Shown here: positions 51,115-61,953 of the stretch, one piece after another
Numbering within the stretch: the stretch's first letter is position 1
Layout of the letters: each line of letters starts with the position of its first letter
Assembly: GCA_963664815.2 (NCBI GenBank)
Contig: CAXXHB010000003.1
Coordinates: 1,088,001-1,152,000, forward strand
Direction: 5' to 3'
DNA from: Spirochaetota bacterium
GTDB taxonomy: Bacteria > Spirochaetota > UBA4802 > UBA5550
Length of the DNA: 64,000 nucleotides
Translations under genes and position numbers: made by a program
Notes under the pieces: model-generated
Databases searched by the model: none
Told to the model about the DNA's origin: nothing
Seen by the model: the letters and a program-made list of their open reading frames with translations, nothing else

Positions 51115-52162
51115 TGATTCGGCTGTGGTGAGGCAGACTATCAGTTCTCTGCTGTCTGCTGAAAGTGATATAGAGATAATGGCTACCGCTTCAGATCCAT
51201 TCTACGCTGCTGAAAAGATGGCCGGTCAGGTTCCGGATGTGATAATACTGGATCTGGAAATGCCGAGAATGGACGGGCTCACATTTTTAAAAAAGATTAT
51301 GGAACAGCATCCTATTCCGGTAATTATATGTTCCAGCCTCGTGGATCAGGGGTCCGATTCCGCGATGAAGGCGTTGCAGTATGGGGCGGTTGATATTATC
51401 ACAAAACCTAAAATGGGGACAAGGGAGTTCCTTGAAGAGTCGAGAATCCATATTGTCGATATTGTGCGCGCCGCATCCGCTGCTAATCTGAAAAAGCTGG
51501 TTAAAAACAGTCAGGTGGAAACAACGCCCAAGTATACAGCTGATGTTGTTATACCATTAATAAAAAAATCTGCGCTTACCGAAACTACCGATAAAGTAAT
51601 AGTGGTCGGTGCATCGACCGGAGGAACAGAGGCATTAAGGGAGTTTCTCTGCCAGCTGCCTCTTGATACCGCCGGGGTTGTTGTAGTTCAGCATATGCCG
51701 GAAAATTTTACCAGGGCATTTGCCGAACGCCTTGATCAGCTGTGCGATATTAAGGTCAAAGAGGCAAAAAACGGTGATTCTGTTCTCAGAGGGCAGGCTC
51801 TTATAGCGCCGGGGAATTTTCATACCCTCCTGAAAAGGAGCGGGGCACAGTACTATGTTGAAGTAAAAGACGGTCCTCTTGTTACGAGGCACAGGCCGTC
51901 AGTTGATGTCCTGTTCCGTTCAACGGCATATCATGCAGGGAAAAACGCAGTAGGCGTAATAATGACCGGAATGGGTGATGATGGTGCCAGGGGAATGAAG
52001 GAAATGAAGGATGCCGGTGCGTATAACATAGCTCAGGATGAAGAATCATGCGTGGTTTTCGGAATGCCGAAAGAAGCTATAAAGCTCAACGCTGTTGATA
52101 AGGTGCTGCCGCTGTCACGCATAGCAAGAGCTGTGTCTGAACATGTGCAGATATCATCATAA
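51083..52162 (+). CDS. cheB: Chemotaxis response regulator methylesterase CheB
   Basis: REC domain (VDDS, LDLEMP), GASTGG, QHMP, TGMGDDG. Confidence 0.97.
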   Translation: MERKTRVLIVDDSAVVRQTISSLLSAESDIEIMATASDPFYAAEKMAGQVPDVIILDLEMPRMDGLTFLKKIMEQHPIPVIICSSLVDQGSDSAMKALQYGAVDIITKPKMGTREFLEESRIHIVDIVRAASAANLKKLVKNSQVETTPKYTADVVIPLIKKSALTETTDKVIVVGASTGGTEALREFLCQLPLDTAGVVVVQHMPENFTRAFAERLDQLCDIKVKEAKNGDSVLRGQALIAPGNFHTLLKRSGAQYYVEVKDGPLVTRHRPSVDVLFRSTAYHAGKNAVGVIMTGMGDDGARGMKEMKDAGAYNIAQDEESCVVFGMPKEAIKLNAVDKVLPLSRIARAVSEHVQISS

Positions 52163-52431
52163 ATTCATGAGTTCTCTCCGGAGTTTATATGCCGGCTGAG
52201 ATTATGATTTTAACTATTCCTTCATTTTGTTTGAGGCAAAACATGTTTTAATGAAATAGCTATAACCGCTTGAGTTTAAAAAATAATTTTTATCCGGAAA
52301 GTACTGATTGACATTGTTATGGATTTACTTTAATATTATTAAATATATTCCAATCTGTAATGGCTTTATAATTATCAGTACAAAACATAAGCTTAACAGA
52401 TAAAAACAATTTTAAAGGGCGGAGGGAAAAA

Positions 52432-53061
52432 ATGTCTTATCGTCATGTAATAGGTGTGGGAGCGTCTGAGGACAGGCTTGAAAAGCTTATACAGGAAAGA
52501 TTAAAGCCTGGTGCGGATAAGGAAAAAGTTGATCGGAGAATCTGGGATCTCTTCGGTGAAGACTGGTGTGTAATGTTTACTGATCTTTCCGGTTTTTCAA
52601 GAGGCGTTGCAAAGTTCGGAATCATACATTTTCTCCAGACAATTTTTGAATCCGAGCGGCTGCTTATACCTGTAATTGAGGATCACGACGGAATTCTTCT
52701 TAAAGCGGAGGGTGACAGCCTTCTGGTAATATACAGAAATGTGGATAAAGCAATACAATGCAGTCTGAGGATGCATGATGTGCTTATTGAATATAACAGA
52801 GATAAGGCTCCGGAAGAGCAGATACTTCTTTGTATAGGGCTTGGCTATGGGAAGGTACTGCGAATAGGAGATCAGGATGTTTTTGGTTCCGAGGTTAATG
52901 CAGCGAGTAAACTTGGTGAAGACACAGCTGAGGCGTGGGAGATTCTTATTACTGACAGTGTTAAAAATAAAGCTGAAGTAATTCCGGGTATACAGTTTGA
53001 GGAACTTCAGGATGCGCCTCCCGGAGCAGATAAAGCATATAAAATAATTATTAAAAAATAA
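52432..53061 (+). CDS. Stand-alone class III adenylate/guanylate cyclase
   Basis: FTDLSGFS, KAEGDS, DVFGSEVNAASKL. Confidence 0.88.
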   Translation: MSYRHVIGVGASEDRLEKLIQERLKPGADKEKVDRRIWDLFGEDWCVMFTDLSGFSRGVAKFGIIHFLQTIFESERLLIPVIEDHDGILLKAEGDSLLVIYRNVDKAIQCSLRMHDVLIEYNRDKAPEEQILLCIGLGYGKVLRIGDQDVFGSEVNAASKLGEDTAEAWEILITDSVKNKAEVIPGIQFEELQDAPPGADKAYKIIIKK

Positions 53062-53142
53062 AATATTTCCTCTATCTATGCAATTAAACTATGCAATTAA
53101 AAAATACATGTAATTAAAACAGACTTTTAAGACATGCAGTTA

Positions 53143-53171
53143 AAAAGAGGGGTTAATTAAGCCCCTCTTTT
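53143..53171. terminator. Bidirectional terminator
   Basis: AAAAGAGGGG...CCCCTCTTTT. Confidence 0.8.
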
Positions 53172-53174
53172 CAA

Positions 53175-53348
53175 TTAAGCCATCAGGTCAAGCGTCTGAC
53201 CAAGCTTTTCGTCAGAAACCTTTTCTGCTACATCTGCCTTGATGAGTTTTTCCTGAAATCCAATTGCAGAGTCCGTTACGTTCTTCAGAAGATTACCCAT
53301 ATCCTCAATACTTCTTGCAGTTGCAGCTGCCATTGGTGATATATTCAT
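53175..53348 (-). CDS. Small YjfB-like putative motility protein (57 aa)
   Basis: MNISPMAAATARSIED...EKLGQTLDLMA*; AGGGGG RBS; sigma-28 promoter upstream; terminator downstream. Confidence 0.75.
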   Translation of the reverse strand: MNISPMAAATARSIEDMGNLLKNVTDSAIGFQEKLIKADVAEKVSDEKLGQTLDLMA

Positions 53349-53382
53349 GTCTACCCCCTTTGACGCAATACGCGTTATTATA

Positions 53383-53410
53383 TTATCGGCTTGTGCAACG
53401 TAAAAGTTGA
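53383..53410 (-). promoter_or_regulatory. Sigma-28 (FliA) promoter
   Basis: Minus strand TCAA-N16-GCCGATAA. Confidence 0.75.
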
Positions 53411-53490
53411 GCGGTATGTACAGATTTATTGAACAGTATTATAATGAAAGTCCGTCTATACCGCTGAAATAAGCTGTTATTTGCAGATTG

Positions 53491-55068
53491 TTATGCCGTT
53501 ATCAGAAGCATCCTGCCAGCCAGAATATCCAGTTGTTCTGTCATCTGGATCAACGCGTTATTGGATGATGAAATGGAACCGGCAATTTTGACCATTGACT
53601 GGGCGTTATTTGATATATTATAAACCGTTTCACTTGAAGAGTTTGTGCCGGATTTCTGCTGTTCAGTGGAGTTCTCTATTGATGAACTTGCTTCGTAAAT
53701 GTCGGTATTAACGTCGCTTATCATGGAAATTTTGACGCCTATATCTCTCATGTTCATCCCGGATTCACGGACTCTATCCTTTATCCTCATAATTGAGTCA
53801 TTAAGCTTTTGAGTCAGCATTGACGATTCATTGATGAGTTCTGTGCTTTCTTCAATCTGTTTACGGTTTTCAGCAATTATACGGTTTATTTCTTTCGCAT
53901 TGCTGGTAGTTGCGTCGGCAAGCTTGGAGATCTCATCTGCGACAACAGCAAAACCGCGGCCTGAGTCGCCGGCTCTTGCAGCCTCTATTGCGGCATTAAG
54001 CGATAACAGGTTTACCTTGTCTGCTATATCATTGATAACCTGTACAAAAGTTGACATCTCCTCGCTCTTGCTCCTGAGTATTTCTGACTTTGCTTTTGTT
54101 TTTTTTATCTGTTCCGAACTGTTCAGTGAATAACTTGAAATCTCATTAAGCGTTTCTATAATTTCTGTAGCACCTGTAAGTACGTTATCATTGGTTGTTT
54201 TAAGTTCTTTCAGTGAATCGACGGTAGTGCTGATGTTTGTAAAAAGCGAATTGGCTGTTTCATTTATTGAGTCGGCGTTTGATGCAAGCTCTTCGAGAAA
54301 TGTGGAAATCTCTTCAAGGGAAGCAGCCTGTTCTCTGGAGATGTCATCCATCTCGACTGTAATTTTCTCCTGTTTCTCAGTATGGGTTTTCATAAGTTCG
54401 ACAGATTGCGAAACAGCACCTGCAATTTCCTTGAGATTTCCAATGGCAAAGTTCGCTTCCGAGCTCTTGTTTATTGCAAGTATCAGGAGATCCCGCGTTG
54501 CGCCTGCACCTGCAGATGCGCCTATGCCTATCCATATAAAGATAAGGTACCGGATTATCATATTGCTGGCAGGTCCCCCGGGAATAAGCTCAGGGCGTGT
54601 GATCAGAAGAATGGTCTGTGAAGCAATAACAAGAGCGAGTGTGTATATTGTAATTTTTCTATCGAAATAAAACACACTCAGCGCAAGGGCAATGTAGTGG
54701 ATTGCAAACAGTTCTGATGCGCCATATATTATATACTGGAAAATCCAGATAGACATCAGTATCCCGGTTATGAAAATATAACCGGAGTATGCTTTGTTTC
54801 TGATATTTTTTGCAATTGCATATGAAAGCGAAACTGCTGCAGCCAGAAGAAACAGTTCTATAATTATGCTTTTGTATGTCAGGTAGTGTGAGGCTTTTCC
54901 TGTCATTTTAAGGACAATAGTGGCGATATTGGCGAGTATTACAATACTGGAAAAAGCTTTCAGTATTCGGAGGTTGTTAACATTAATAACTTCACTGAAA
55001 ATGTCTGTTCCCTGAATGTTTATTTTCTGAGAGGTGCTTTTTTTTTCTTCGTTTGAAACTGTATTCAT
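53491..55068 (-). CDS. Methyl-accepting chemotaxis protein with a multi-TM membrane sensor
   Basis: About six N-terminal TM helices; [25 protein letters not shown]. Confidence 0.93.
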   Translation of the reverse strand: MNTVSNEEKKSTSQKINIQGTDIFSEVINVNNLRILKAFSSIVILANIATIVLKMTGKASHYLTYKSIIIELFLLAAAVSLSYAIAKNIRNKAYSGYIFITGILMSIWIFQYIIYGASELFAIHYIALALSVFYFDRKITIYTLALVIASQTILLITRPELIPGGPASNMIIRYLIFIWIGIGASAGAGATRDLLILAINKSSEANFAIGNLKEIAGAVSQSVELMKTHTEKQEKITVEMDDISREQAASLEEISTFLEELASNADSINETANSLFTNISTTVDSLKELKTTNDNVLTGATEIIETLNEISSYSLNSSEQIKKTKAKSEILRSKSEEMSTFVQVINDIADKVNLLSLNAAIEAARAGDSGRGFAVVADEISKLADATTSNAKEINRIIAENRKQIEESTELINESSMLTQKLNDSIMRIKDRVRESGMNMRDIGVKISMISDVNTDIYEASSSIENSTEQQKSGTNSSSETVYNISNNAQSMVKIAGSISSSNNALIQMTEQLDILAGRMLLITA

Positions 55069-55414
55069 AATAATTACCTGTTAATATATGCAGAATCTGA
55101 TAGTGACAACAATTTTATAATATATATGATTTCTCATAAATAATTTATTAAATTTGAATTGGTAAGAAATTTTTGCTTTGAAATAGTGATCCTGTTATCT
55201 ATATTGCCATGAATAAAGAAATGTTTTATTTGCATCCGGAATTTGTCTTTCCGAAGTTGGATTTGTTCAGGCAGTAGAGCAATAAGAAAGAGTTGGGATT
55301 ACGTCAAATTAAAAATTTTTTTAAATAAAGAAAAATTCATCAAGGCTTACAGAAAACAGATTTATATATAGATAGGAAAAAACAGACAAAACAGATAAGG
55401 TCAGGGGCAGTTTT

Positions 55415-55811
55415 TTGATTAAATCAATTCACCATATATGTATTGAAACAGTGAACTACAATGAGAGTATATATTTTTACTGTTCGATTTTAGGATTTGA
55501 TATAAATAGAAGAAACAACTGATTTTCACGGCAGAGATTTTAATACATGGATAAAGAAGGAAAACATAATTATTGAATTGCAAACGCCGAAAGCTGATAC
55601 CGTAACAGATCTTTCTCTGTGCAGTAAGACAGGAATTGTACATATTTGTTTTATTGTAGATAATCTTTCAGAAACAGTGGATTACCTCATTAAAAAAGGA
55701 TTCAGCTCTTTCCGGAAAAAAAATAATCAGATAATATATATTGTGAAAGGTGGGTATCTCGCGAAGATAACAGCCCCGGAAGGTACAATAATTGAATTGA
55801 GGGAGGAGTGA
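55415..55811 (+). pseudogene. VOC/glyoxalase family gene, frameshifted near 55505
   Basis: TTG start IKSIHHICIETVNYNESIYFYCSILGFDI, then the +1 frame IEETTDFHGRDFNTW...IELQ...GIVHICF...APEGTIIELRE. Confidence 0.8.
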
Positions 55812-55814
55812 ATT

Positions 55815-56297
55815 ATGATTGAAATAAAGGAATATTCAGATGAAAATGTTGAAAAAATTATAGATATGATTCTCGATATCCAGGTTAGTGAATTTAATAT
55901 TTCAATCGATCGTGAAAGCCAACCCGATCTTCTGTCAATTAAGGATTTTTATCAGACTGGTAACGGAAATTTCTGGCTTGCGGGGGATAACTCGGATATC
56001 ATTGGAACTGTAGCTTTAAAGGATATTGGTGATAATTATACCGCTTTAAGAAAAATGTTTGTCAAGAAAGAGTACAGGGGGAGTGGTAAGAATATTTCGA
56101 GGCTTCTTCTCGAATCTGTTTTTCACTGGGGGAGAGAGAAGAACATTGAGAAGATATTTCTCGGAACAACTGACAGTTTCACTGCTGCACACAGGTTTTA
56201 TGAGAAAAACGGATTCCTTGAAATACATCGGGGTGAACTCCCGGAAAGCTTTCCGCTTATGAAGGTAGACACAAAATTTTATGTATATGAATTCTGA
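55815..56297 (+). CDS. GNAT family N-acetyltransferase
   Basis: LRKMFVKKEYRG, AAHRFYEKNGF. Confidence 0.92.
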   Translation: MIEIKEYSDENVEKIIDMILDIQVSEFNISIDRESQPDLLSIKDFYQTGNGNFWLAGDNSDIIGTVALKDIGDNYTALRKMFVKKEYRGSGKNISRLLLESVFHWGREKNIEKIFLGTTDSFTAAHRFYEKNGFLEIHRGELPESFPLMKVDTKFYVYEF

Positions 56298-56368
56298 AGT
56301 GCTGTTCATATGAAGCATTTTTTAATAAAAGATATTAATAAAAAACTCAATTACCGGAAGGAGTAATT

Positions 56369-56893
56369 ATGAATGAGCTGGAAGTGCTAAAAAACAGTCT
56401 TAATATATCAGTCTGGATGCTCGGCGTAACCGTGTTTCTCTCTGTAAGCACTGTCACTATCAGTGCCATTAATATGGCCTTTCAGCGAAGTCACAACAGG
56501 AAGAGTGTAAAACCATTCTGTAATGTACATACATTAATTGACGGAAACGGAATATGTGTCAGTATTTTGAATGCAGGACTTGGACCGATGATAATAGAAA
56601 AAATCATGCTGTTTAAAAAAGAAGATGACTTCCTGAAGAACGGGATGGAATTTTCCGCTGTTCTTCCTCCGGACCTTAAATATGACATTAAAACCAGAGA
56701 CAATAATCCATATGTTGTTCCATCAATGGTAGAAGTTGAAATATTCAGGTTTTCTTCTGACCTGAAAGATTCAAAGAATAATATAAATATTGTGAAAAGA
56801 TCTTTAGAGGACTATTTCATATGTACTGTTTTTAAAGATATCTACGATCATAGATACGAAAAGAGGGAAATTCTGAAATTTAAATCATCTTAA
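56369..56893 (+). CDS. Hypothetical membrane-anchored protein
   Basis: N-terminal TM, RSHNRKSVKP, NAGLGP; AAGGAG RBS. Confidence 0.75.
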   Translation: MNELEVLKNSLNISVWMLGVTVFLSVSTVTISAINMAFQRSHNRKSVKPFCNVHTLIDGNGICVSILNAGLGPMIIEKIMLFKKEDDFLKNGMEFSAVLPPDLKYDIKTRDNNPYVVPSMVEVEIFRFSSDLKDSKNNINIVKRSLEDYFICTVFKDIYDHRYEKREILKFKSS

Positions 56894-56969
56894 GATTTTC
56901 ACAAGGTATATATGTTTATAACCTCTTTTTATGTAACAAAAAACAGCCGGAAAATAACATAATATCTTG

Positions 56970-57053
56970 AAAAATTTATCAATGTTAATTCCTCAATATA
57001 TATTTTAGTGTAAAATAAACGATTATCCTTCACCGTCGCCGAAGGTGGCGGTG
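56970..57053 (+). repeat. Dispersed intergenic repeat, copy B, with GC hairpin
   Basis: Homologous to 7935-7997; continues into CACCGTCGCC-GAA-GGTGGCGGTG. Confidence 0.6.
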
Positions 57054-57219
57054 ATAATGGTGCGTGTCTATTATATAACAGTTCAGGAATAATAATTGAA
57101 AATTAATTATATTTATTCTGTATTATGGGATTATTGTATAATTGTATTATCACATCTTTTTTTAAAATCTCGGGATATAAATAAAAAAGTTTTCACAGGG
57201 AAGAGGAGGTTTTCCTTCT

Positions 57220-58161
57220 ATGATTAATGTCAATGGTCTTACAAGATCTTACGGAGATTTTAAAGCCGTGGACGATATTTCATTCAGCATCAGGGAGGGG
57301 GAGATTACAGGTTTGCTTGGCCCTAATGGAGCGGGTAAAACAACAACTCTCAGGATGCTCAGTTGTTATCTACGGGCCGATAAAGGTTCGGTGATTGTAG
57401 ATGGCATAAATGCCGCAGATGATCCGCTCAGGATAAAAAAAATGATAGGTTACCTGCCGGAATCTGCCCCGCTTTACGGCGATATGATAGTTTTTGATTA
57501 TCTCATGTACGTGGCTGAGGTAAGAGGAATTCCCGGAACTGAACGGGTGGGGAGGGTTGCCGAGATATGCCGTATTAAAGATGTAATGCATAAAAATATA
57601 AATGAGCTTTCAAAAGGCTTCAGGCAGAGAGTCGGCCTTGCGCATGCTATGATTCATGATCCGCAGATATTAATACTCGACGAACCGACGTCCGGTCTTG
57701 ACCCGATTGAGATCGTAGAAATCAGAAACCTCATTAAGGAACTGGGTAAAAAGAAAACTGTAATTCTTTCAACCCATATACTTTCGGAGGTTGAAGCTAC
57801 ATGCGAAAGGGTAATAATAATAAACAAGGGGCGGATTGTCGCAGACGACAGAACTGAGCTTCTTCAGTCGGTGGCAGGTGGTGATAAAAAAATAAATCTC
57901 AGGATTTCAGGAGCCGGTTTCGACGCAGTTAAGTCAGCGATAGAGAATGTCTCCGGCGTAAAAAGCATTGAACCCGTGGAAGACAGGGAGCTCACATCGG
58001 CAGTAATTTCCGTATCCGGTAATATTGAGGCACGTCCGGAAATATTTAAAATTGTAAGTTCCAGCGGGTGGATTCTGTATGAATTTAAACAGGACCAGGC
58101 AAGCCTTGAAAAAATATTCAGAGAGCTGACTGTGGGAGGCGCAGATGAAAAGATTCAGTGA
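57220..58161 (+). CDS. ABC transporter ATP-binding protein (GldA-like)
   Basis: GPNGAGKT, LSKGFRQRVG, ILDEPT. Confidence 0.95.
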   Translation: MINVNGLTRSYGDFKAVDDISFSIREGEITGLLGPNGAGKTTTLRMLSCYLRADKGSVIVDGINAADDPLRIKKMIGYLPESAPLYGDMIVFDYLMYVAEVRGIPGTERVGRVAEICRIKDVMHKNINELSKGFRQRVGLAHAMIHDPQILILDEPTSGLDPIEIVEIRNLIKELGKKKTVILSTHILSEVEATCERVIIINKGRIVADDRTELLQSVAGGDKKINLRISGAGFDAVKSAIENVSGVKSIEPVEDRELTSAVISVSGNIEARPEIFKIVSSSGWILYEFKQDQASLEKIFRELTVGGADEKIQ

Positions 58162-58840
58162 AATGTCCGCAATAATGAAAAAGGAACTGAGGAGTTATTT
58201 CAACAGTCCAATAGCATATATCGTTATATCAATATTTATCGGCTTTACCGGTTTTTTCTTTTTTATTCAGTTTGAATTTTTTGCATTCAATCAGGCGGAG
58301 ATGAGAACACTCTTTCAGCTTATGCCGTGGATGCTCTCTCTTGCCGTGCCGGCAATTACAATGAAGCTTTTTTCTGAGGAGAGGCATAGCGGATCATTTG
58401 AAATTTTAATGACGTTGCCTGTTTCAACCTTCGATATTGTTTTAGGTAAATTTCTTGCAGGGACATTTTTTTCAATGATAATGATCTCCCCGACGCTTAT
58501 TTATCTTTTTACAGTAGTTTTCCTTGGAACTCCGGATTTCGGTCCTATAATCGGCGGTTATATCGGGCTTTTTTTCCTTTCTGCAGCATATACGTCCATA
58601 GGACTCCTCGCTTCGTCACTTACACGTAACCAGATTATTTCTTTAATATCAGCGTGTGCTGCAGGCTTTTCTCTCGTTTTTATCCCTTCAAAATTCGGAA
58701 TGGTTTCCTATCTGGGAACGGAGTATCATTTTCAGAATATTGCCAAAGGCCTGATTGATTCAAAGGACATTATCTATTTCATTTCTATATGTGCTCTTTC
58801 ACTGCTGTTTACCATGAGAGTGGTAGAGGACAGGAGGTAG
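58145..58840 (+). CDS. ABC-2 permease (GldF-like)
   Basis: KELRSYFNSPIAY, EERHSGSFEILMT, NQII. Confidence 0.92.
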   Translation: MKRFSEMSAIMKKELRSYFNSPIAYIVISIFIGFTGFFFFIQFEFFAFNQAEMRTLFQLMPWMLSLAVPAITMKLFSEERHSGSFEILMTLPVSTFDIVLGKFLAGTFFSMIMISPTLIYLFTVVFLGTPDFGPIIGGYIGLFFLSAAYTSIGLLASSLTRNQIISLISACAAGFSLVFIPSKFGMVSYLGTEYHFQNIAKGLIDSKDIIYFISICALSLLFTMRVVEDRR

Positions 58841-58844
58841 ATAC

Positions 58845-60995
58845 ATGAAAAATATGGTGAAAGAAAAACTCGGCAATATTAAATTGTACCTGATGAATAT
58901 ACTGAGTATGAAAGACAGAAACCTTCAGCTTCTGCTTAATGTTATTCTGATAGTTGTTATTAATTTTGCGGCAGCAGCATTCAGTTTCCGCATAGATCTT
59001 ACATCGAATGATACATATTCACTTTCAAAGAGAAGCAGAGCTACAGTATCGTCACTTGATGAAAAACTGAAGATTAAAGTGTTCTTTTCTGAAAATCTTC
59101 CGCCGGAACATGCCGCTCTTCTGAGATACCTGAAGGATATTCTTGATGAATACAGCTTTTACGGCAACAGGAACTTTTCCTACGAGATAATCGAAGCGGA
59201 CAAGCTTGAAGAACAGGCAAAAGATTACGGTATCAATCCCGTACAGATCAGAGAGCTTGAAAGTGACCAGGTAAAGCTGAGAAGTGTTTACATGGGGCTG
59301 GTTATACAACATGCTGATCTGATAGAGAAAATAGAGGCATTGACATCAACCGCCGGGCTTGAGTATGAGATAACTTCCCGTATCGAAAAAATGACCGGGA
59401 AAATTGACAGACTGCTTAAACTTAAAAAACCATTAATGCTGACGCTGTACATAGATGAAAAAGTGAGAGATCTTCCTATTGAAGGAATAGGCAGGCTTGA
59501 AGATATATTGAAGAGCGCAGTGGCGAAAAGCAATCTGAGCAACTACGGTAAAATTCAGTTTCAGGTGGTAGATCCCTCCAGAAACGGCAGCAGCGATCTT
59601 GATATCCGCTATGGAATTTCAAAATTGAAATGGGGAGCAATGAGATCAAGAGCCGGGAAGATGATTCCTGCAGGAGAGGGATTTTTTGGTCTTGTTATGG
59701 AGGGGAACGATAGATCAGCGAGGATAGACCTTAATGTGGTCTCCACCATCGTGGGAACAAATGTAATCACAGGTCTTCAGAATATTAATGATACAATAAA
59801 TACGGGTGTGGGTAAACTCTTATACAGCAGCCCGAAAATCGGATATGTAAAAGGGCATGGTATCCCGGAACTTGGAGATAAGAAATCTCCGGAAGGTGCA
59901 GGTTTATTTGCGGAAATAATTTCCGATATGTACCAGTTTGCGGAGATAGAGCTTAAAACGCAGGTTATACCTGATGATGTAAAGGTTCTCATTATAAACG
60001 GACCGGCTGATATATTTTCCGATGCAGAAAAATATAAGATAGACCAGTTTCTCATGAAGGGAAATTCACTACTGCTGTTTGTTAACTCATTCATGGAGGT
60101 TAATACCGGCGATCCCTCCGGGTTTATGGGGAATCAGCCCCTGATTGTCCCGGTAACCTCAGGGCTTGAGGAAATGGCTGCACACTATGGTATTAAAATA
60201 AACAGGAATGTTGTACTGGACAGGAATTGTACAAAAATCAATATGAATAAAATGCTTACTGACTATCCGCTTATACCGCTTATAGGAAAGAAAGGGCTGA
60301 ACAGTGAAAGCGAAATAACAAAGCATATAAACAGTGCACTTTTTGTAAAGACATCTTCGCTTGATATTGATGAAAAGCTTAAAGATAAAGGAGTTAACTC
60401 TTCAGTGCTTGTTTCAACATCTCCACAGAGCTGGCTTATGGAGGGACGGATGAATTTTAATCCGCTCTTTATGTCACCACCATCCGGTGTTCAGATGAAA
60501 AGCTACCCGGTGGCAGCTCTTGTTTCCGGAAAGTTTGAAAGCTATTTCAGGGGGAAAGAAATACCGGCAGAGGCTTTATCAGCTGATAAAAAAAATATAC
60601 TGAATACGGTAAATAAACTAGAAACAACAGTAACTTCCGGAAAATCTGAGCTGCTGGTTGTAGGAACATCGGAGCTTAATGCATCAGGATTTCTTGATTT
60701 TTCAAGAAGGGTACTTTCCGGAGGAAATGGATCGGGAGTATTCTCAAATGATGTATTATTACATTCCATGGTTGATTATCTTTCAGGAAACAGTTATGTG
60801 ACTGAAATGAAAAGCAAGAGCCTTGATTACTACCCTCTGATAAAAACAGATAACAGGACGCGGTTTATGCTGAAAATTATTAACGTTGGGCTTGTACCGG
60901 TTATTGTAATTATTACAGGAATTCTTGTATGGAGAAGGCGAATTGCGAGAAAGAGATTTATTGAAAAACAGTTTTCGGGAAGTGAAGAAATATGA
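58845..60995 (+). CDS. GldG family ABC auxiliary protein
   Basis: RIDLTSNDTYSLS, LEYEIT, GHG, DQFLMKG; N- and C-terminal TMs. Confidence 0.9.
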   Translation: MKNMVKEKLGNIKLYLMNILSMKDRNLQLLLNVILIVVINFAAAAFSFRIDLTSNDTYSLSKRSRATVSSLDEKLKIKVFFSENLPPEHAALLRYLKDILDEYSFYGNRNFSYEIIEADKLEEQAKDYGINPVQIRELESDQVKLRSVYMGLVIQHADLIEKIEALTSTAGLEYEITSRIEKMTGKIDRLLKLKKPLMLTLYIDEKVRDLPIEGIGRLEDILKSAVAKSNLSNYGKIQFQVVDPSRNGSSDLDIRYGISKLKWGAMRSRAGKMIPAGEGFFGLVMEGNDRSARIDLNVVSTIVGTNVITGLQNINDTINTGVGKLLYSSPKIGYVKGHGIPELGDKKSPEGAGLFAEIISDMYQFAEIELKTQVIPDDVKVLIINGPADIFSDAEKYKIDQFLMKGNSLLLFVNSFMEVNTGDPSGFMGNQPLIVPVTSGLEEMAAHYGIKINRNVVLDRNCTKINMNKMLTDYPLIPLIGKKGLNSESEITKHINSALFVKTSSLDIDEKLKDKGVNSSVLVSTSPQSWLMEGRMNFNPLFMSPPSGVQMKSYPVAALVSGKFESYFRGKEIPAEALSADKKNILNTVNKLETTVTSGKSELLVVGTSELNASGFLDFSRRVLSGGNGSGVFSNDVLLHSMVDYLSGNSYVTEMKSKSLDYYPLIKTDNRTRFMLKIINVGLVPVIVIITGILVWRRRIARKRFIEKQFSGSEEI

Positions 60996-61936
60996 AAAAA
61001 AAAGCAATAATAACTCTTGGACTTATTTTTATCCTCCTGCTGGCTCTGGTAATTAAAAACCGGGGTTGCAGAGGTGATGTGCCTGAAATTGAGGGATGGT
61101 ATGAACCCGCTGATGAAATAGATGTAAAGAGTAGTGACATTTCACTTGCCATGAATAAGAAAAATAACATGTGGTTTATCAATGAACAGGCATATCCGGG
61201 CGACGCTGATCTTATAGAAAGCCTGGAACGTAAAGCGAGGGATTTTAAATTACTTGATCTGGTCTCTGATAAGGGTTATTATGATAAATATGACCTTACA
61301 GAAGAGAAGGGAGTTTCTGTAATAATTAAAGGTGGCGGAAAGGTATTAAGAAAGCTGCTTATAGGAAAAGCAGGATCGACAAATAACCATTCCTATCTGA
61401 AGGTAGATGACAGGAAAGAGATATACCTTGCATCCGGAATTATGAAGAGCGATTTTAATCTTCCGGTTTCTGATTTAAGAGACAGATTAATTTGTGATAT
61501 AAAAAACGCGGATGTAAAATCTTTCAGTATTAATTATATGGGAAAAAATTTTGACTTTCATTTAATTTCTGTAAAAAATGAGACAGACAGGAAAAGTGAT
61601 AAAGAAAAAACAAATCTCAAATCGGAATGGAGATGTAGTGAATACGAAAATTTAGAATTGAATAGTTCATCTGTCAATTCAATACTGGGGATTTTTTCAC
61701 CGTTGAAAGCGGCTGAATTTCCGGAAAATGTTGAGAAGAAAAATGCAGGAAATGTAATCTGCAAAGTAAATATTATATATGCAGATAAAAAAATTGAGAT
61801 TGAAATATTCAGTAAAAAAGATAAAGAGATGAATTATGCTTTTTCATCGGGAAGCAGATATATATTTACTCTCGGGAAATGGCAAACAGAGAAACTCTTT
61901 ATCAGGAATATAAATGATCTGGCTGTTAAAAAATAG
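60992..61936 (+). CDS. DUF4340 domain protein
   Basis: N-terminal TM, KYDL...LLIGK...SY...LRD pattern; usual position after GldG. Confidence 0.8.
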   Translation: MKKKAIITLGLIFILLLALVIKNRGCRGDVPEIEGWYEPADEIDVKSSDISLAMNKKNNMWFINEQAYPGDADLIESLERKARDFKLLDLVSDKGYYDKYDLTEEKGVSVIIKGGGKVLRKLLIGKAGSTNNHSYLKVDDRKEIYLASGIMKSDFNLPVSDLRDRLICDIKNADVKSFSINYMGKNFDFHLISVKNETDRKSDKEKTNLKSEWRCSEYENLELNSSSVNSILGIFSPLKAAEFPENVEKKNAGNVICKVNIIYADKKIEIEIFSKKDKEMNYAFSSGSRYIFTLGKWQTEKLFIRNINDLAVKK

Positions 61937-61953
61937 AAAAAAGAGGTGTTACT

